Shown piece after piece: positions 35,252-44,152 of a DNA stretch of 44,152 nucleotides (its first letter is position 1; the number at the start of each line of letters is the position of its first letter). Position numbers and translations under genes: made by a program. Source of the DNA: Candidatus Alloclostridium intestinigallinarum (lineage in GTDB: Bacteria; Bacillota; Clostridia; Christensenellales; UBA3700). The DNA lies in contig CAJFNB010000003.1 in NCBI GenBank assembly GCA_904393845.1, positions 1 to 44,152 of the forward strand. Direction: 5' to 3'. The notes below the pieces were generated by a model. That model was not told where the DNA came from, searched no databases, and was given only the letters and a program-made list of their open reading frames with translations.

Positions 35252-36198
35252 GCTTTAAGCACCCTTTCCTTCACTTCCTCGTATTCGCCGAATACCCTGC
35301 ATCCGGCGGCGCGGTTATGACCTCCGCCTCCGAATACCGCCGCTATGCGGTTGGCGTCGGCTTTCTCATCGGTGCGGATACTTACTTTGTATTCGCGCAA
35401 AGCCGCTTCCGTAACGGCGACGGCAACGTCCACCCCTTCCACGTTCCTGACGTCGTTTATTATGCCCGTGGTATCCGACAGCGCGGTTCCGCTGGCGGCG
35501 AAATCGGAAGCGTTAAAGGTAATCATACCGATCCTGCCGTCTTCGAAAAATTCCGTACGCGCAAGTACGCGCGTTTTCAGCGCGTATACGGCTGGACTTA
35601 TGTCCTGCATGAAATACTCGGTTATCTTATGCCCCTGCACCCCGCAATCCAGAAGTTCTGCGGCAATTCGCAATGTTTCGCCCGTAACGGATGAAAAGGC
35701 AAAGCCGCCGCTGTCTGTGACAAGAGCGGTATAGAGCAATCCGGCAACGTGTACGTCAAGCGGTTTACCGCCCGAAATAAGTTTTATGAGTTTATACACG
35801 GGCTGTGCACAAGCCGCAACGCCGCGTTCGACGTATGTATATTTTGTATAGTCGCTGTTGCTCATATGATGGTCCACACAAGCGCTGACGCGGGCGCGCC
35901 TGATAACTCCGGCGTGCGCGGAAAGCAAATTTATGTCGGAACAATCCACGGCTATCGCAAGTTCGTAAGGCTGGTTTGGCATATCCGTGCGCAGGTTTTC
36001 CGCCCCGTAGAGAGTGCGGAGCTTTCTTCCCGGCACGTCCGAGCAGAAGATGTCGGTCTGTTTCCCCGCGCCTTTAAGCGCGTAATATAGCGCAAGCCCC
36101 GAACCGAGAGTATCTCCGTCGGGGTTGGCGTGGCATACAAGCGCGATTTTGTTCGCTTTTTTTATAAGTTCGGCTATTTTTTCCGCGTTACAGATCAT
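35230..36198 (-). CDS. nrnA: DHH/DHHA1 phosphoesterase (NrnA-like)
   Basis: HANPDGDTLGS, VD, DHH, TDSGGF, SIR and GGGGHNRAAG. Confidence 0.9.
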   Translation of the reverse strand: MICNAEKIAELIKKANKIALVCHANPDGDTLGSGLALYYALKGAGKQTDIFCSDVPGRKLRTLYGAENLRTDMPNQPYELAIAVDCSDINLLSAHAGVIRRARVSACVDHHMSNSDYTKYTYVERGVAACAQPVYKLIKLISGGKPLDVHVAGLLYTALVTDSGGFAFSSVTGETLRIAAELLDCGVQGHKITEYFMQDISPAVYALKTRVLARTEFFEDGRIGMITFNASDFAASGTALSDTTGIINDVRNVEGVDVAVAVTEAALREYKVSIRTDEKADANRIAAVFGGGGHNRAAGCRVFGEYEEVKERVLKACRDHLE

Positions 36199-36536
36199 GA
36201 ATCCTTCCTGATAGACTTGATTATCGCCTCTATTTCGGCGGCGTACTCCGCGCCTCTGTCAAGCACGAATACGAGCGCCGGCATGGTACGCATATCAATT
36301 AACTCTTTGAGCCGCGAGCGCAGAAAACCTGCGGAATGGTTTAATCCCTGCACCGCCTGTTCTCCGTCTCCGCCGTACACGCTCACGCTGATAAGCGCAC
36401 GCGAAAGTTCGCTGTCGACCTTTACGTCGGTAATTCCGATAATGCAGCCGACAACGCGCGGATCGCGCACGCTGTCTTTTATGAGTACGGACAGCCGCTT
36501 CATTATTTCGGACTGTATTCTGTCGGTTTTATTCAT
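36195..36536 (-). CDS. rbfA: Ribosome-binding factor A
   Basis: RDPRV, ITDVKVDSELS, GFLRS and RTMPALVFVLD; follows infB. Confidence 0.95.
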   Translation of the reverse strand: MNKTDRIQSEIMKRLSVLIKDSVRDPRVVGCIIGITDVKVDSELSRALISVSVYGGDGEQAVQGLNHSAGFLRSRLKELIDMRTMPALVFVLDRGAEYAAEIEAIIKSIRKDS

Positions 36537-39091
36537 CAGTTCACCTGTTTGAGCAAGTACGCCTCAATGGTATCGCCCTTCTTGATATCGCCCCACTTTT
36601 GCAGACCTACGCCGCATTCGTAGCCGTGGGCGACTTCTTTGGCGTCGTCTTTTTCGCGTTTGAGCGAATTGAGCACGCCGTTGTAGATGATGATATTGTC
36701 ACGCACAAGTCTGATTTTGCAGCCGCGCTGAAGTTTTCCGTCCGTGACATAGCAGCCGGCGATATTGCCCACGCCGGTAATTTTGAACACCTCGCGCACT
36801 TCCGCGTGACCGATGACCTCTTCTTCATAGATGGGTTCGACCATGCCGCTGAGTATATTCGTTACTTCGTCTATCGCATCGTAAATTACCGAATACGTGC
36901 GGATTTCCACGCCCGTTCTGTCAGCCATAGCGCGCGCCTTGGCGTCAGCCTTGACGTTGAAGCCGATTATGATTGCGCCGGAAGTGTCGGCAAGCATGAC
37001 GTCGGATTCGTTTATTGCGCCCGCCGCGCTGTGAATAACGCGGATCTCGATATTTTTGGACGCCATTTCTTCACCCAGTTTGAGCATTGCCTGCTTGACG
37101 GCTTCGACCGAGCCTTGCACGTCGCCCTTGATTATCATGGCAAGGCGCTTTACTTCTGAATTGTCGGAGTTCTTGAACAGTTCTTCCAAAGTACTGCGCT
37201 GGCTCACCGACTTCATCTGCTGAGCGGCTTTTTCCTTTGCAAGGCGCTCTTCCGCAACCTGTCTTGCAAGCGCGGCGTCCTTAACCGCCACGAGATTGTC
37301 GCCAGCATTCGGAACGGCGGTAAAGCCCTGCACCTGTACGGCGTAGGAAGGACCCGCCTCTTTTACGCGTTTGCCGCTGAAATCGAGCATCGCCCTTATC
37401 TTACCCACGCACGTTCCCGCAATTACGTTGTCGGAAACGCGCAGGGTGCCGTTCTGCACCAGCACGGTAGCCACGGGACCGAGCCCCTTGTCCAGCCTTG
37501 CTTCTATTATCGAACCGGTAGCCATGCAGTCTTTGTCCGCTTTAAGTTCCATAATATCGGCTACGAGCAATACGCATTCGAGAAGTTCGTGTACGCCCGT
37601 ACCCAATTTTGCACTCACGGGACAGACGTATACGTCGCCGCCCCAATCTTCGGGAACGAGACCGTATGTGCCTATCTGGTTCTTTACCCTATCGATATTC
37701 GCGCCCGGTTTGTCGATTTTATTGACTGCGATTATTATCTGGACGCCGGCGTTTTTGGCATGGTTGATCGCCTCGACCGTCTGGGGCATTATGCCGTCGT
37801 CAGCCGCCACTACGATAATGGCGATATCCGTCACCTGTGCGCCGCGCTGACGCATGGCGGTAAACGCCTCGTGTCCGGGAGTATCAAGGAATGTGATCGG
37901 CTTGCCGTCCAGATCGATCGTATACGCGCCTATATGCTGGGTTATACCGCCCGCCTCGCCTTTGACGACGTTGGTTTTGCGGATATAGTCGAGCAACGAC
38001 GTTTTGCCGTGGTCGACGTGACCCATAATCGCCACGACGGGAGGACGGGGCTGGAGATGAGCGTTCTCCTTCGCCTCGCTTTCATACTGCGCGAGTTTGT
38101 CTTCCGCCGTTACGTCGGGAACGTAAGTCAAGGTGACGTCGTAATCAATTGCGATAAGTTCCGCCGTTTCAAAGTCGATAGAGTCGTTTATCGTGCACAT
38201 TTTGCCCATATCGAACAGCTTTTTGACTATTTCCGCGGCAGTCTTACCTATTTTTTCGCTGAATACCTTGATAGGAATAATATCCGTATTCACTTCGGCA
38301 TGGTCGATTTTCGACACCGAGCGGGATACGTCGCGCTGCGCTTTGCGCTGCTTTTTATACCTTACGTCGCCGTCCTCGTCATCGCCGTCCTCGTATACAT
38401 AGCCCTTTTTGATAAGATCGCGCTTGGAAAGCGACTTCTTTTGTTCGTCTTTCTGGGCAAAACCGTTCTTCTTCTTTTTATCAGCGACGCTCTTTCCGCC
38501 GCTGACGGAGACGGGAGGAGGCATAACGGGCTGCGTTCTGCCGCCGACGCCGGGACGCCTGTCGAATCCGCCCTGTCTGCCGCCCGCAGAACCGTCGGTG
38601 CGCGGCGGGAATTTACGCTCACCCTGCGCGCCGCCCTGCATACCGCTCTGCCTTCTGCGGTCGCCGCCGTTCAAAAACTCCGGATTTATATAAGTTTTCG
38701 ATTTATCCTGGACGGGTTTTTCCCTGACGGGCTTTTCCTGGGGCTTAGACTCAATCTTTTTTTCTTCCGCCGCAGATGTTTCCGCAGTCTTGGGCGCGGA
38801 AATTTCCTCCTCGGCGGTTTCCTGTCTGACTTCCTCTTTTTCTGCAGGCAAAACGGGAGCAGGCTCTGTTTCCTTCTCCTTTTCCGCCTCTTTCTCAGCA
38901 GCCTTCGCCGCGTTTTCGGCTTTCAGCTGCTCTTCTATAATATCCCTTTTCTTTTGCTGAATCTTTTCAGTCAGGGCGGGAATGCCGGAGCGCTTCTCCT
39001 TTATATCACGGATGAGCGGGGCGACTCTCGTGCCCAGCGCGTCGGTGATGTCTTTCATTAACTTATTGATATCAATTATCTCGTTACTCAC
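36536..39091 (-). CDS. infB: Translation initiation factor IF-2
   Basis: RPPVVAIMGHVDHGKT, EAGGITQHIGAY, DTPGHEAF, NKID, DVQGS and GYECG. Confidence 0.98.
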   Translation of the reverse strand: MSNEIIDINKLMKDITDALGTRVAPLIRDIKEKRSGIPALTEKIQQKKRDIIEEQLKAENAAKAAEKEAEKEKETEPAPVLPAEKEEVRQETAEEEISAPKTAETSAAEEKKIESKPQEKPVREKPVQDKSKTYINPEFLNGGDRRRQSGMQGGAQGERKFPPRTDGSAGGRQGGFDRRPGVGGRTQPVMPPPVSVSGGKSVADKKKKNGFAQKDEQKKSLSKRDLIKKGYVYEDGDDEDGDVRYKKQRKAQRDVSRSVSKIDHAEVNTDIIPIKVFSEKIGKTAAEIVKKLFDMGKMCTINDSIDFETAELIAIDYDVTLTYVPDVTAEDKLAQYESEAKENAHLQPRPPVVAIMGHVDHGKTSLLDYIRKTNVVKGEAGGITQHIGAYTIDLDGKPITFLDTPGHEAFTAMRQRGAQVTDIAIIVVAADDGIMPQTVEAINHAKNAGVQIIIAVNKIDKPGANIDRVKNQIGTYGLVPEDWGGDVYVCPVSAKLGTGVHELLECVLLVADIMELKADKDCMATGSIIEARLDKGLGPVATVLVQNGTLRVSDNVIAGTCVGKIRAMLDFSGKRVKEAGPSYAVQVQGFTAVPNAGDNLVAVKDAALARQVAEERLAKEKAAQQMKSVSQRSTLEELFKNSDNSEVKRLAMIIKGDVQGSVEAVKQAMLKLGEEMASKNIEIRVIHSAAGAINESDVMLADTSGAIIIGFNVKADAKARAMADRTGVEIRTYSVIYDAIDEVTNILSGMVEPIYEEEVIGHAEVREVFKITGVGNIAGCYVTDGKLQRGCKIRLVRDNIIIYNGVLNSLKREKDDAKEVAHGYECGVGLQKWGDIKKGDTIEAYLLKQVN

Positions 39092-39407
39092 TTTCTACCT
39101 CCGTTATTATACCCAATTCGTCTGATTGCAATATCGCTTTCGCCAAACTTTCGCTTGTTATGGCTATCAGTCTGACATTTTCCCTATGCACCGCGCCCGT
39201 AATATAGCCGCTTTTGCACCTGATTGCGGCAATATTTTCACGTCCGGAAAAATTTTTCAGCTTTCTCAGCGTCGCCGCGCCCGTGCATGCGTCGTACAAT
39301 ATCAATTTAATTTTGCCCGCCGCACCGAAAAACGCGTCCAATCCGTAGACAACCTCTCCGCTTCTGACGGCAAAACCTATATAGGAATCAATTTTTCGAC
39401 TTTGCAT
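39084..39407 (-). CDS. ylxQ: L7Ae/L30e family RNA-binding protein (YlxQ-like)
   Basis: YIGFAVRSGEVVYG...AITSESLAKAI; located between ylxR and infB. Confidence 0.75.
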   Translation of the reverse strand: MQSRKIDSYIGFAVRSGEVVYGLDAFFGAAGKIKLILYDACTGAATLRKLKNFSGRENIAAIRCKSGYITGAVHRENVRLIAITSESLAKAILQSDELGIITEVESE

Positions 39408-39654
39408 ATTCCTTGGCTATATATTCGTACACCTCGTCGGATACCGGCGCATTCAACGCCCTGCCGATAAGTTTATGCCTGACGCATTTTTCGATACAGG
39501 CGGGATCGTCGCAGATATACGCGCCCCTGCCGGACGCTTTGCCGGTAAAGTCCAGCTTTATATTGCCGTCCTTATCGCGCACTATGCGCAGCATCTGTTT
39601 CTTTTCTTTTTCCTGCCGGCAGGCAATGCACGTTCTGACAACGGGCTTTTTCAT
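39388..39654 (-). CDS. ylxR: YlxR (RnpM) family protein
   Basis: RTCIACR, LRIVR and GKASGRGAYIC; start set to ATG 39654. Confidence 0.93.
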   Translation of the reverse strand: MKKPVVRTCIACRQEKEKKQMLRIVRDKDGNIKLDFTGKASGRGAYICDDPACIEKCVRHKLIGRALNAPVSDEVYEYIAKEYAKSKN

Positions 39655-39655
39655 A

Positions 39656-40732
39656 TTATCCCTCGAATACGTCGCCAACTATTCCGCTCACTTCGGAATA
39701 AGGCTTGACGTCTATTTTCCAATCGGTGAGTTTTGCCGCAAGGCGTACGTTCTGACCTGCCTTACCTATCGCAAGAGAAAGTTTGTCGTCGGGAACGATT
39801 GCCGTCGCCTTCTTTTCCTCTTCGTTTATCTGTACCATCATCGCCTTTGCGGGACTCAAAGCCCTGGCTATAAATTCGCTTATGTCGGAACACCATTCGA
39901 TAACGTCGATCTTCTCGCCGTCGAGTTCGTGTACGATATTATTTATGCGCATACCGCGGGGACCTACGCAGCTGCCCACGCAGTCAAGCGAAGGATCGTC
40001 GGATGTGACAGCCATTTTGGTTCTGTACCCGGCCTCGCGCACGATTTTCTTGATGACGACAAGTCCGCTTCTGATTTCGGGAACTTCCATCTCGAACAGC
40101 CTTTTGACAAATCCCGTGCACGCGCGGGAAACCATAACCTGGGGATTGCCCCTGTCGGAACTGCGCACGCTCTTGACATACACCTTGATAATGGCGTTGA
40201 CGTCGTATCTCTCGCCGCGTATCTGGTCGTTCTTCATCATGATGCCTTCCATCTGCGAGCCGCTTATTTCGACATATACGTTGTCTTTTTCCACTCTGCG
40301 AATAATGGCGGTTACAATTTCGCCCTCCTTTTCGTTCATTTCGCTGAGCACCTGGTTCTTGCGCTCGTCGTTGAGGCGCTGCATGATGACCTGCTTCGCC
40401 GTCTGCGCCGCGATACGGGAGAACAGCTTGGGTGAAAGTTCTTCGTCGATAAAGTGGTCGCCGATATTGTATATCTCCTTGACCTTACGCGCGTCTTCCA
40501 AAGAAATCTGCCTGTCGGGATCTTCAACGGTTTCCACAACGTCCCTGTAAGCAAAAACTCTTATCGTGTACTTCGAGGGATTGAGCTGTATATCAATGCC
40601 GCGGTTGAGTCCCGTTTCCTTCTTGTATGCGGAACTTAAACCGGCTTCCATCGTGGAAATAAACATATCCTGACTTACTTTTCTTTCCTTTTCAAGCTCC
40701 ATAAGCGCCTGAAAAAATTCCTTGCTGACCAT
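39656..40732 (-). CDS. nusA: Transcription termination factor NusA
   Basis: RIAAQTAKQVIMQ, FEMEVPEI, REAGYRTK, CVGPRG, ALSPA and AIGKAGQNVRLA. Confidence 0.98.
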   Translation of the reverse strand: MVSKEFFQALMELEKERKVSQDMFISTMEAGLSSAYKKETGLNRGIDIQLNPSKYTIRVFAYRDVVETVEDPDRQISLEDARKVKEIYNIGDHFIDEELSPKLFSRIAAQTAKQVIMQRLNDERKNQVLSEMNEKEGEIVTAIIRRVEKDNVYVEISGSQMEGIMMKNDQIRGERYDVNAIIKVYVKSVRSSDRGNPQVMVSRACTGFVKRLFEMEVPEIRSGLVVIKKIVREAGYRTKMAVTSDDPSLDCVGSCVGPRGMRINNIVHELDGEKIDVIEWCSDISEFIARALSPAKAMMVQINEEEKKATAIVPDDKLSLAIGKAGQNVRLAAKLTDWKIDVKPYSEVSGIVGDVFEG

Positions 40733-40741
40733 TTTATCCTC

Positions 40742-41200
40742 CTAAAATTCGATATACGGCTTTGCCGCCGCAATCTGCTTTAATTGTATTTTTATAGTTT
40801 TATCCCCGTCCTGCAGGGTTATTTCCTCATCGGTTGCGCCGCTTAGCACGGCGATGTACTTCTTTTTACCGTCCAGGGGCGCGTAAAGCGAAACTTCCAC
40901 CTTCTCCCCCAGCTTGCGGCGGTAATCGCCCGGGCTTTTCAGGGGGCGGTCCAGTCCCGGCGACGACACGTTCAGATTGTACGGCATTCCCTCCGTGGGA
41001 TCGAGTTCGTCGATGGGTGCGTCGATAGCCCTGTGTATAAGCTCGCAGTCGTCAAGGCTGACGCCGCCCGGCTTATCAATATAAATTGTGAGCGTGGGCG
41101 TACCGTACAGCTTTTTGAATTCGACTTCCACAAGCTCCATACCGTTTGCCTCCACTATCGGGCGCACTACACGTTCGGCTGCGTCTGCAATTTTTGACAT
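40742..41200 (-). CDS. rimP: Ribosome maturation factor RimP
   Basis: IDKPGGVSLDDC and YNLNVSSPGLDRPL; start 41200 after an AAGGAG RBS. Confidence 0.96.
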   Translation of the reverse strand: MSKIADAAERVVRPIVEANGMELVEVEFKKLYGTPTLTIYIDKPGGVSLDDCELIHRAIDAPIDELDPTEGMPYNLNVSSPGLDRPLKSPGDYRRKLGEKVEVSLYAPLDGKKKYIAVLSGATDEEITLQDGDKTIKIQLKQIAAAKPYIEF

Positions 41201-41219
41201 TACTTTCTCCTTTATAGCG

Positions 41220-41249
41220 TTTGAGCGACCGATTGCTCGGTCGCTCAAA
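41220..41249 (-). promoter_or_regulatory. rimP leader hairpin
   Basis: 13-bp perfect stem TTTGAGCGACCGA/TCGGTCGCTCAAA with a GCAA tetraloop on the coding strand, between promoter and RBS. Confidence 0.7.
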
Positions 41250-41274
41250 TAAATCACTTTATTCTTGCATAATT

Positions 41275-41303
41275 ATTATATCAGCATAAATATCAAAACG
41301 CAA
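41275..41303 (-). promoter_or_regulatory. sigmaA promoter of the rimP-nusA-infB operon
   Basis: Minus strand TTGCGT-17-TATAAT with extended TG. Confidence 0.7.
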
Positions 41304-41344
41304 CCGTTTTGACGCAAAATATCGGAATATCTTAAAAGATATCG

Positions 41345-42883
41345 CTATATCGTCTTCAGATTGCCGTATCTTACCAGTTCCGCGAAAAGTTTTGCCGTGG
41401 CTATGCAGTCCGCATACGCCCTGTGCGCGTTGATAAGAGGTATATGGAAATAGCGGCACAGATCGCCCAGATTGTGTTTGCACGGAATACGCAGATAATT
41501 CGCCATCTCCAGCGTATCTATCAGTTTATTCCTGAATTCCGCCCCCGCCTCCTTGAGCAGTCTGCCCAATAATATGTAGTCGTAGTTGTTGCCGTTATGC
41601 GCGATGACCGGGCTGTTTCCGATAAATTCCAGCATCTGCGGCAGGACGTATTCGATGGGAGGCGCGCCCTGGACGTCATTGTCGTATATATTGTTTTTTT
41701 CCGACGCGTCGCGCGGAATGGGAATGCCCGGATCGACGAACGTATCGAAATATTCCACTACCTTGCCGTCGGTCATTCTGGCTATGCCCACTTCTATCAC
41801 CTTGCACGCGGCGGGATTAAGTCCCGTGGTTTCGAAATCGAGCGAAACATATGTCCTGCCAGCCAGAAGCGGATTGGTTTCGGTGAGAATCTGTTCCAGA
41901 CTGTCGGCGGAATCGCTGTACGAAATGATCGGCACGGGAGTCTTGTCGAACGCCTTTTGCGGTTCGCTGTCGTCAACCGCGGAATAGTCGATATCGCAGA
42001 AAGACACTCTGTCTACTATAAACTTCCGTTTGCCGACGGTGTTGTTCTCGTCTTCGAACGAGCCGACCGTCTTTATCGTCATTCCGTCCGTAAGCGCCCC
42101 CAGCACGCCGCCTTTCTTTCTGCGCGTGAACATTATGCAGTCAAGACTGCCCGTAGTGTCGTTCAGCGTAAACGTGTGGAAGTGATACCCTTTCTTGCTC
42201 ACCCTGTCCTGCAAGTCGGATATAGTGCCGGCAACGCAGGTTTCAAATGCGTTTTCCGGCAGACGGGATATATACAGCGCGGAATCCGTGATCGGCTTGC
42301 CCACGAGTACCGATTCCCCGGAAATTGAGTGAAAGTACTGCTTTGCCTGGACGGCTTCCATTTTCGGCGCGGAATCGTCGATTTTGAAAGCGTCTGCCGC
42401 GTGCCTGGTTACGGTGACTTTTGACTGTGTGCCGTAAAGTTCGTCTATATAATCCGCTATCGCCTCGGGAATCTCCGCCGCCGTAAAAGCCCCCGCAAGA
42501 TAATCGGGCACGTCTACGTTTATAAGCGGAACGCCGTTTTCGATATCGGCGGTAACTGCGTCCTGCGATATCTGGGAGCAGTACGCACCGTATTGCTCGG
42601 CAAGGAATTTTTCCGTAAGGCGTTTGATGATGTCTGCATTATAATACACTTTTTTGTATATTACGCTTACGGGCATAGTGACGCCCTCTTCCATGAAGAT
42701 TTCGGATATTGCGGAAGATATTATCTCCGTTTCACCGCCGGAAGTCAGCCCGTCGTATACGTCGTAAGGCACGGAAACGGTAACGCTTACGCTTCCCGCA
42801 CGCTTGTCCACGGAAACGTCTTTGAAGCGGATAAACGGATATTTACCCCCTGTTTTATCTTTAAACTTCTCTTCAAGTACCAT
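41345..42883 (-). CDS. PolC-derived protein: PolC-like N-terminal region, OB fold and DEDDh 3'-5' exonuclease; no PHP or polymerase domain
   Basis: Exo I LDFETTGL, Exo II AHNGNNYD and Exo III HRAYAD; OB-like VAGTI...SKKG...FTLNDTTGSL; occupies the ispG-polC-rimP position. Confidence 0.8.
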   Translation of the reverse strand: MVLEEKFKDKTGGKYPFIRFKDVSVDKRAGSVSVTVSVPYDVYDGLTSGGETEIISSAISEIFMEEGVTMPVSVIYKKVYYNADIIKRLTEKFLAEQYGAYCSQISQDAVTADIENGVPLINVDVPDYLAGAFTAAEIPEAIADYIDELYGTQSKVTVTRHAADAFKIDDSAPKMEAVQAKQYFHSISGESVLVGKPITDSALYISRLPENAFETCVAGTISDLQDRVSKKGYHFHTFTLNDTTGSLDCIMFTRRKKGGVLGALTDGMTIKTVGSFEDENNTVGKRKFIVDRVSFCDIDYSAVDDSEPQKAFDKTPVPIISYSDSADSLEQILTETNPLLAGRTYVSLDFETTGLNPAACKVIEVGIARMTDGKVVEYFDTFVDPGIPIPRDASEKNNIYDNDVQGAPPIEYVLPQMLEFIGNSPVIAHNGNNYDYILLGRLLKEAGAEFRNKLIDTLEMANYLRIPCKHNLGDLCRYFHIPLINAHRAYADCIATAKLFAELVRYGNLKTI

Positions 42884-42884
42884 T

Positions 42885-43916
42885 TTACAGTTTATCTATC
42901 TCCGTAAGAAGCGCCTGCATAAGCTCTTCGTTGGGCACTGTCCTGAGTATCTTTCCGTCCCTGAACAGCGCGGATTTTTCTCTGCCTCCGGCAACGCCTA
43001 TATCGCAATGGGAGGATTCGCCTATACCGTTCACCACACAGCCCATTACGGCTATCTGTAAATTTTTATTCACTCCCGACGTATATTCTCTCACTTTTTC
43101 GGCAAGCCCTTTTACGTCTATTTCCGTCCTGGCGCAGGTGGGACAGGAAATTATCTCCACGTACGGTTTGCCGTAAAGGTTGATTGCCTTCAATATCTCG
43201 CAGGCGGCGTCCACCTCCTTTACCGGGTCGTCGGTGAGGGATACGCGTATCGTATCGCCGATACCGTCGAGCAAAAGACTTCCTATACCTATCGCGGATT
43301 TTACCAGTCCCTGCGTATATAACCCCGCCTCGGTCACGCCCAGATGCAGAGGATAACCGCACCTTTGCGACAGCAGACGGTTACAGTCCACCATATCCTT
43401 CACGCAGGAAGACTTTACCGACACCACTATATCGTAAACGCCGTATTTTTCCAGCATGGCGCAATATTCCAGCGCGCTTTCGCACATAGCTTCCGCGGGC
43501 GGAAGCGCGGCGTACTTTTTATCGAGAGAGCCGCCGTTTACCCCCACCCTTACAGGTATACGGTGTGCTTTCAGGCAATCGGCAACCGCCCTAAGATTGC
43601 TTTCACCGCCGAGATTGCCGGGATTTATCCTGACTTTCGCGGCGCCGTTTTCTATGGCGGCTATCGCCAGCTTGTAGTCGAAGTGAATATCCGCGACCAC
43701 GGGAAGCGGCGATTTTTCGCAGATTGTCTTAAACGCTTTTGCGGAAGCGGAGTCGGGCACGGACGAGCGCACTATGTCGCAGCCGCGCGCGGCAAGCTCC
43801 GCTATCTGTTCAAGCGTGGCTTCCGCGTCGGATGTGGGGGTATTCGTCATTGACTGGACGGCAATTCTCTCTCCGCCGCCTATCGTTACTTTTCCTATTC
43901 GTACTTTCTTACTCAT
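42885..43916 (-). CDS. ispG: (E)-4-hydroxy-3-methylbut-2-enyl diphosphate synthase
   Basis: VQSMTNT, ADIHF, RINPGN, PLHLGVTEAG, GIGDTIRVSLT, CPTCAR and MGCVVNG. Confidence 0.98.
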   Translation of the reverse strand: MSKKVRIGKVTIGGGERIAVQSMTNTPTSDAEATLEQIAELAARGCDIVRSSVPDSASAKAFKTICEKSPLPVVADIHFDYKLAIAAIENGAAKVRINPGNLGGESNLRAVADCLKAHRIPVRVGVNGGSLDKKYAALPPAEAMCESALEYCAMLEKYGVYDIVVSVKSSCVKDMVDCNRLLSQRCGYPLHLGVTEAGLYTQGLVKSAIGIGSLLLDGIGDTIRVSLTDDPVKEVDAACEILKAINLYGKPYVEIISCPTCARTEIDVKGLAEKVREYTSGVNKNLQIAVMGCVVNGIGESSHCDIGVAGGREKSALFRDGKILRTVPNEELMQALLTEIDKL

Positions 43917-43917
43917 A

Positions 43918-44152
43918 TTATGCCAAGAAGTGTACCAGATCGAGAATTACCGCCAACGCGAGCAGAACTATCAGTCCGGCAAAGTGTATTATATTTTCTA
44001 CTTTTCTGTTAATAGGCTTTCCCCTCACCCACTCGATCAGCGTGAAAATTACCTTACAGCCGTCAAGCGCGGGGAAAGGAAGTATGTTCATTATCGCCAC
44101 CGAAGCCGACAACACGCATACCCCGTACATTATCGCATAAAATCCGAATTGT
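43918..44152 (-). CDS. rseP: RIP metalloprotease RseP/RasP (M50), C-terminal fragment
   Basis: MNILPFPALDG motif and EWVRGKP...ENIIHFAG; located upstream of ispG. Confidence 0.92.
   Translation of the reverse strand, partial: QFGFYAIMYGVCVLSASVAIMNILPFPALDGCKVIFTLIEWVRGKPINRKVENIIHFAGLIVLLALAVILDLVHFLA

Noticed and set aside
37589-39061. 490-aa plus-strand ORF
   Set aside because: Antisense shadow of infB.

Overview
Core-chromosome segment of a spore-forming clostridium-type Firmicute. It carries a complete spoIIIAA-AH operon and spoIVB; the exact taxon cannot be fixed from sequence alone. Order from left to right: mutL(3' end)-miaA-ynbB (+); lexA and an XerS-like tyrosine recombinase (-); a ~1.1 kb AT-rich gap with a perfect 14-bp inverted repeat; a PadR wHTH/acidic linker/4-TM fusion gene (+); rnhA and proC (-); tRNA-Trp (+) followed by tRNA-derived direct and inverted repeats. 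About 35 kb of minus-strand genes follow: ZIP transporter, methyltransferase, ferritin-like protein, Fe-ADH, purB, spoIVB, recN, argR, nadK, tlyA, dxs, a membrane protein, ispA, xseB, xseA, folD, nusB, asp23 family, spoIIIAH-AA, a YbaN-like fragment, efp, Xaa-Pro peptidase, endonuclease IV-like protein, ribF, truB, DHH, rbfA, infB, ylxQ, ylxR, nusA, rimP, a PolC-derived protein, ispG and rseP (partial). The most notable points are: (1) the polC slot holds a 512-aa PolC N-domain/OB/DEDDh exonuclease with no PHP or polymerase domain; (2) an XerS-like gene with a candidate dif-like palindrome sits where gene orientation converges, possibly the replication terminus; (3) a membrane-tethered PadR protein has its own operator palindrome; (4) tRNA-Trp 3'-end-derived hairpin repeats show a compensatory base change; (5) several promoters look leaderless. 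No CRISPR array, transposase or prophage was seen. All calls come from reading motifs and synteny by eye; no database searches were run.
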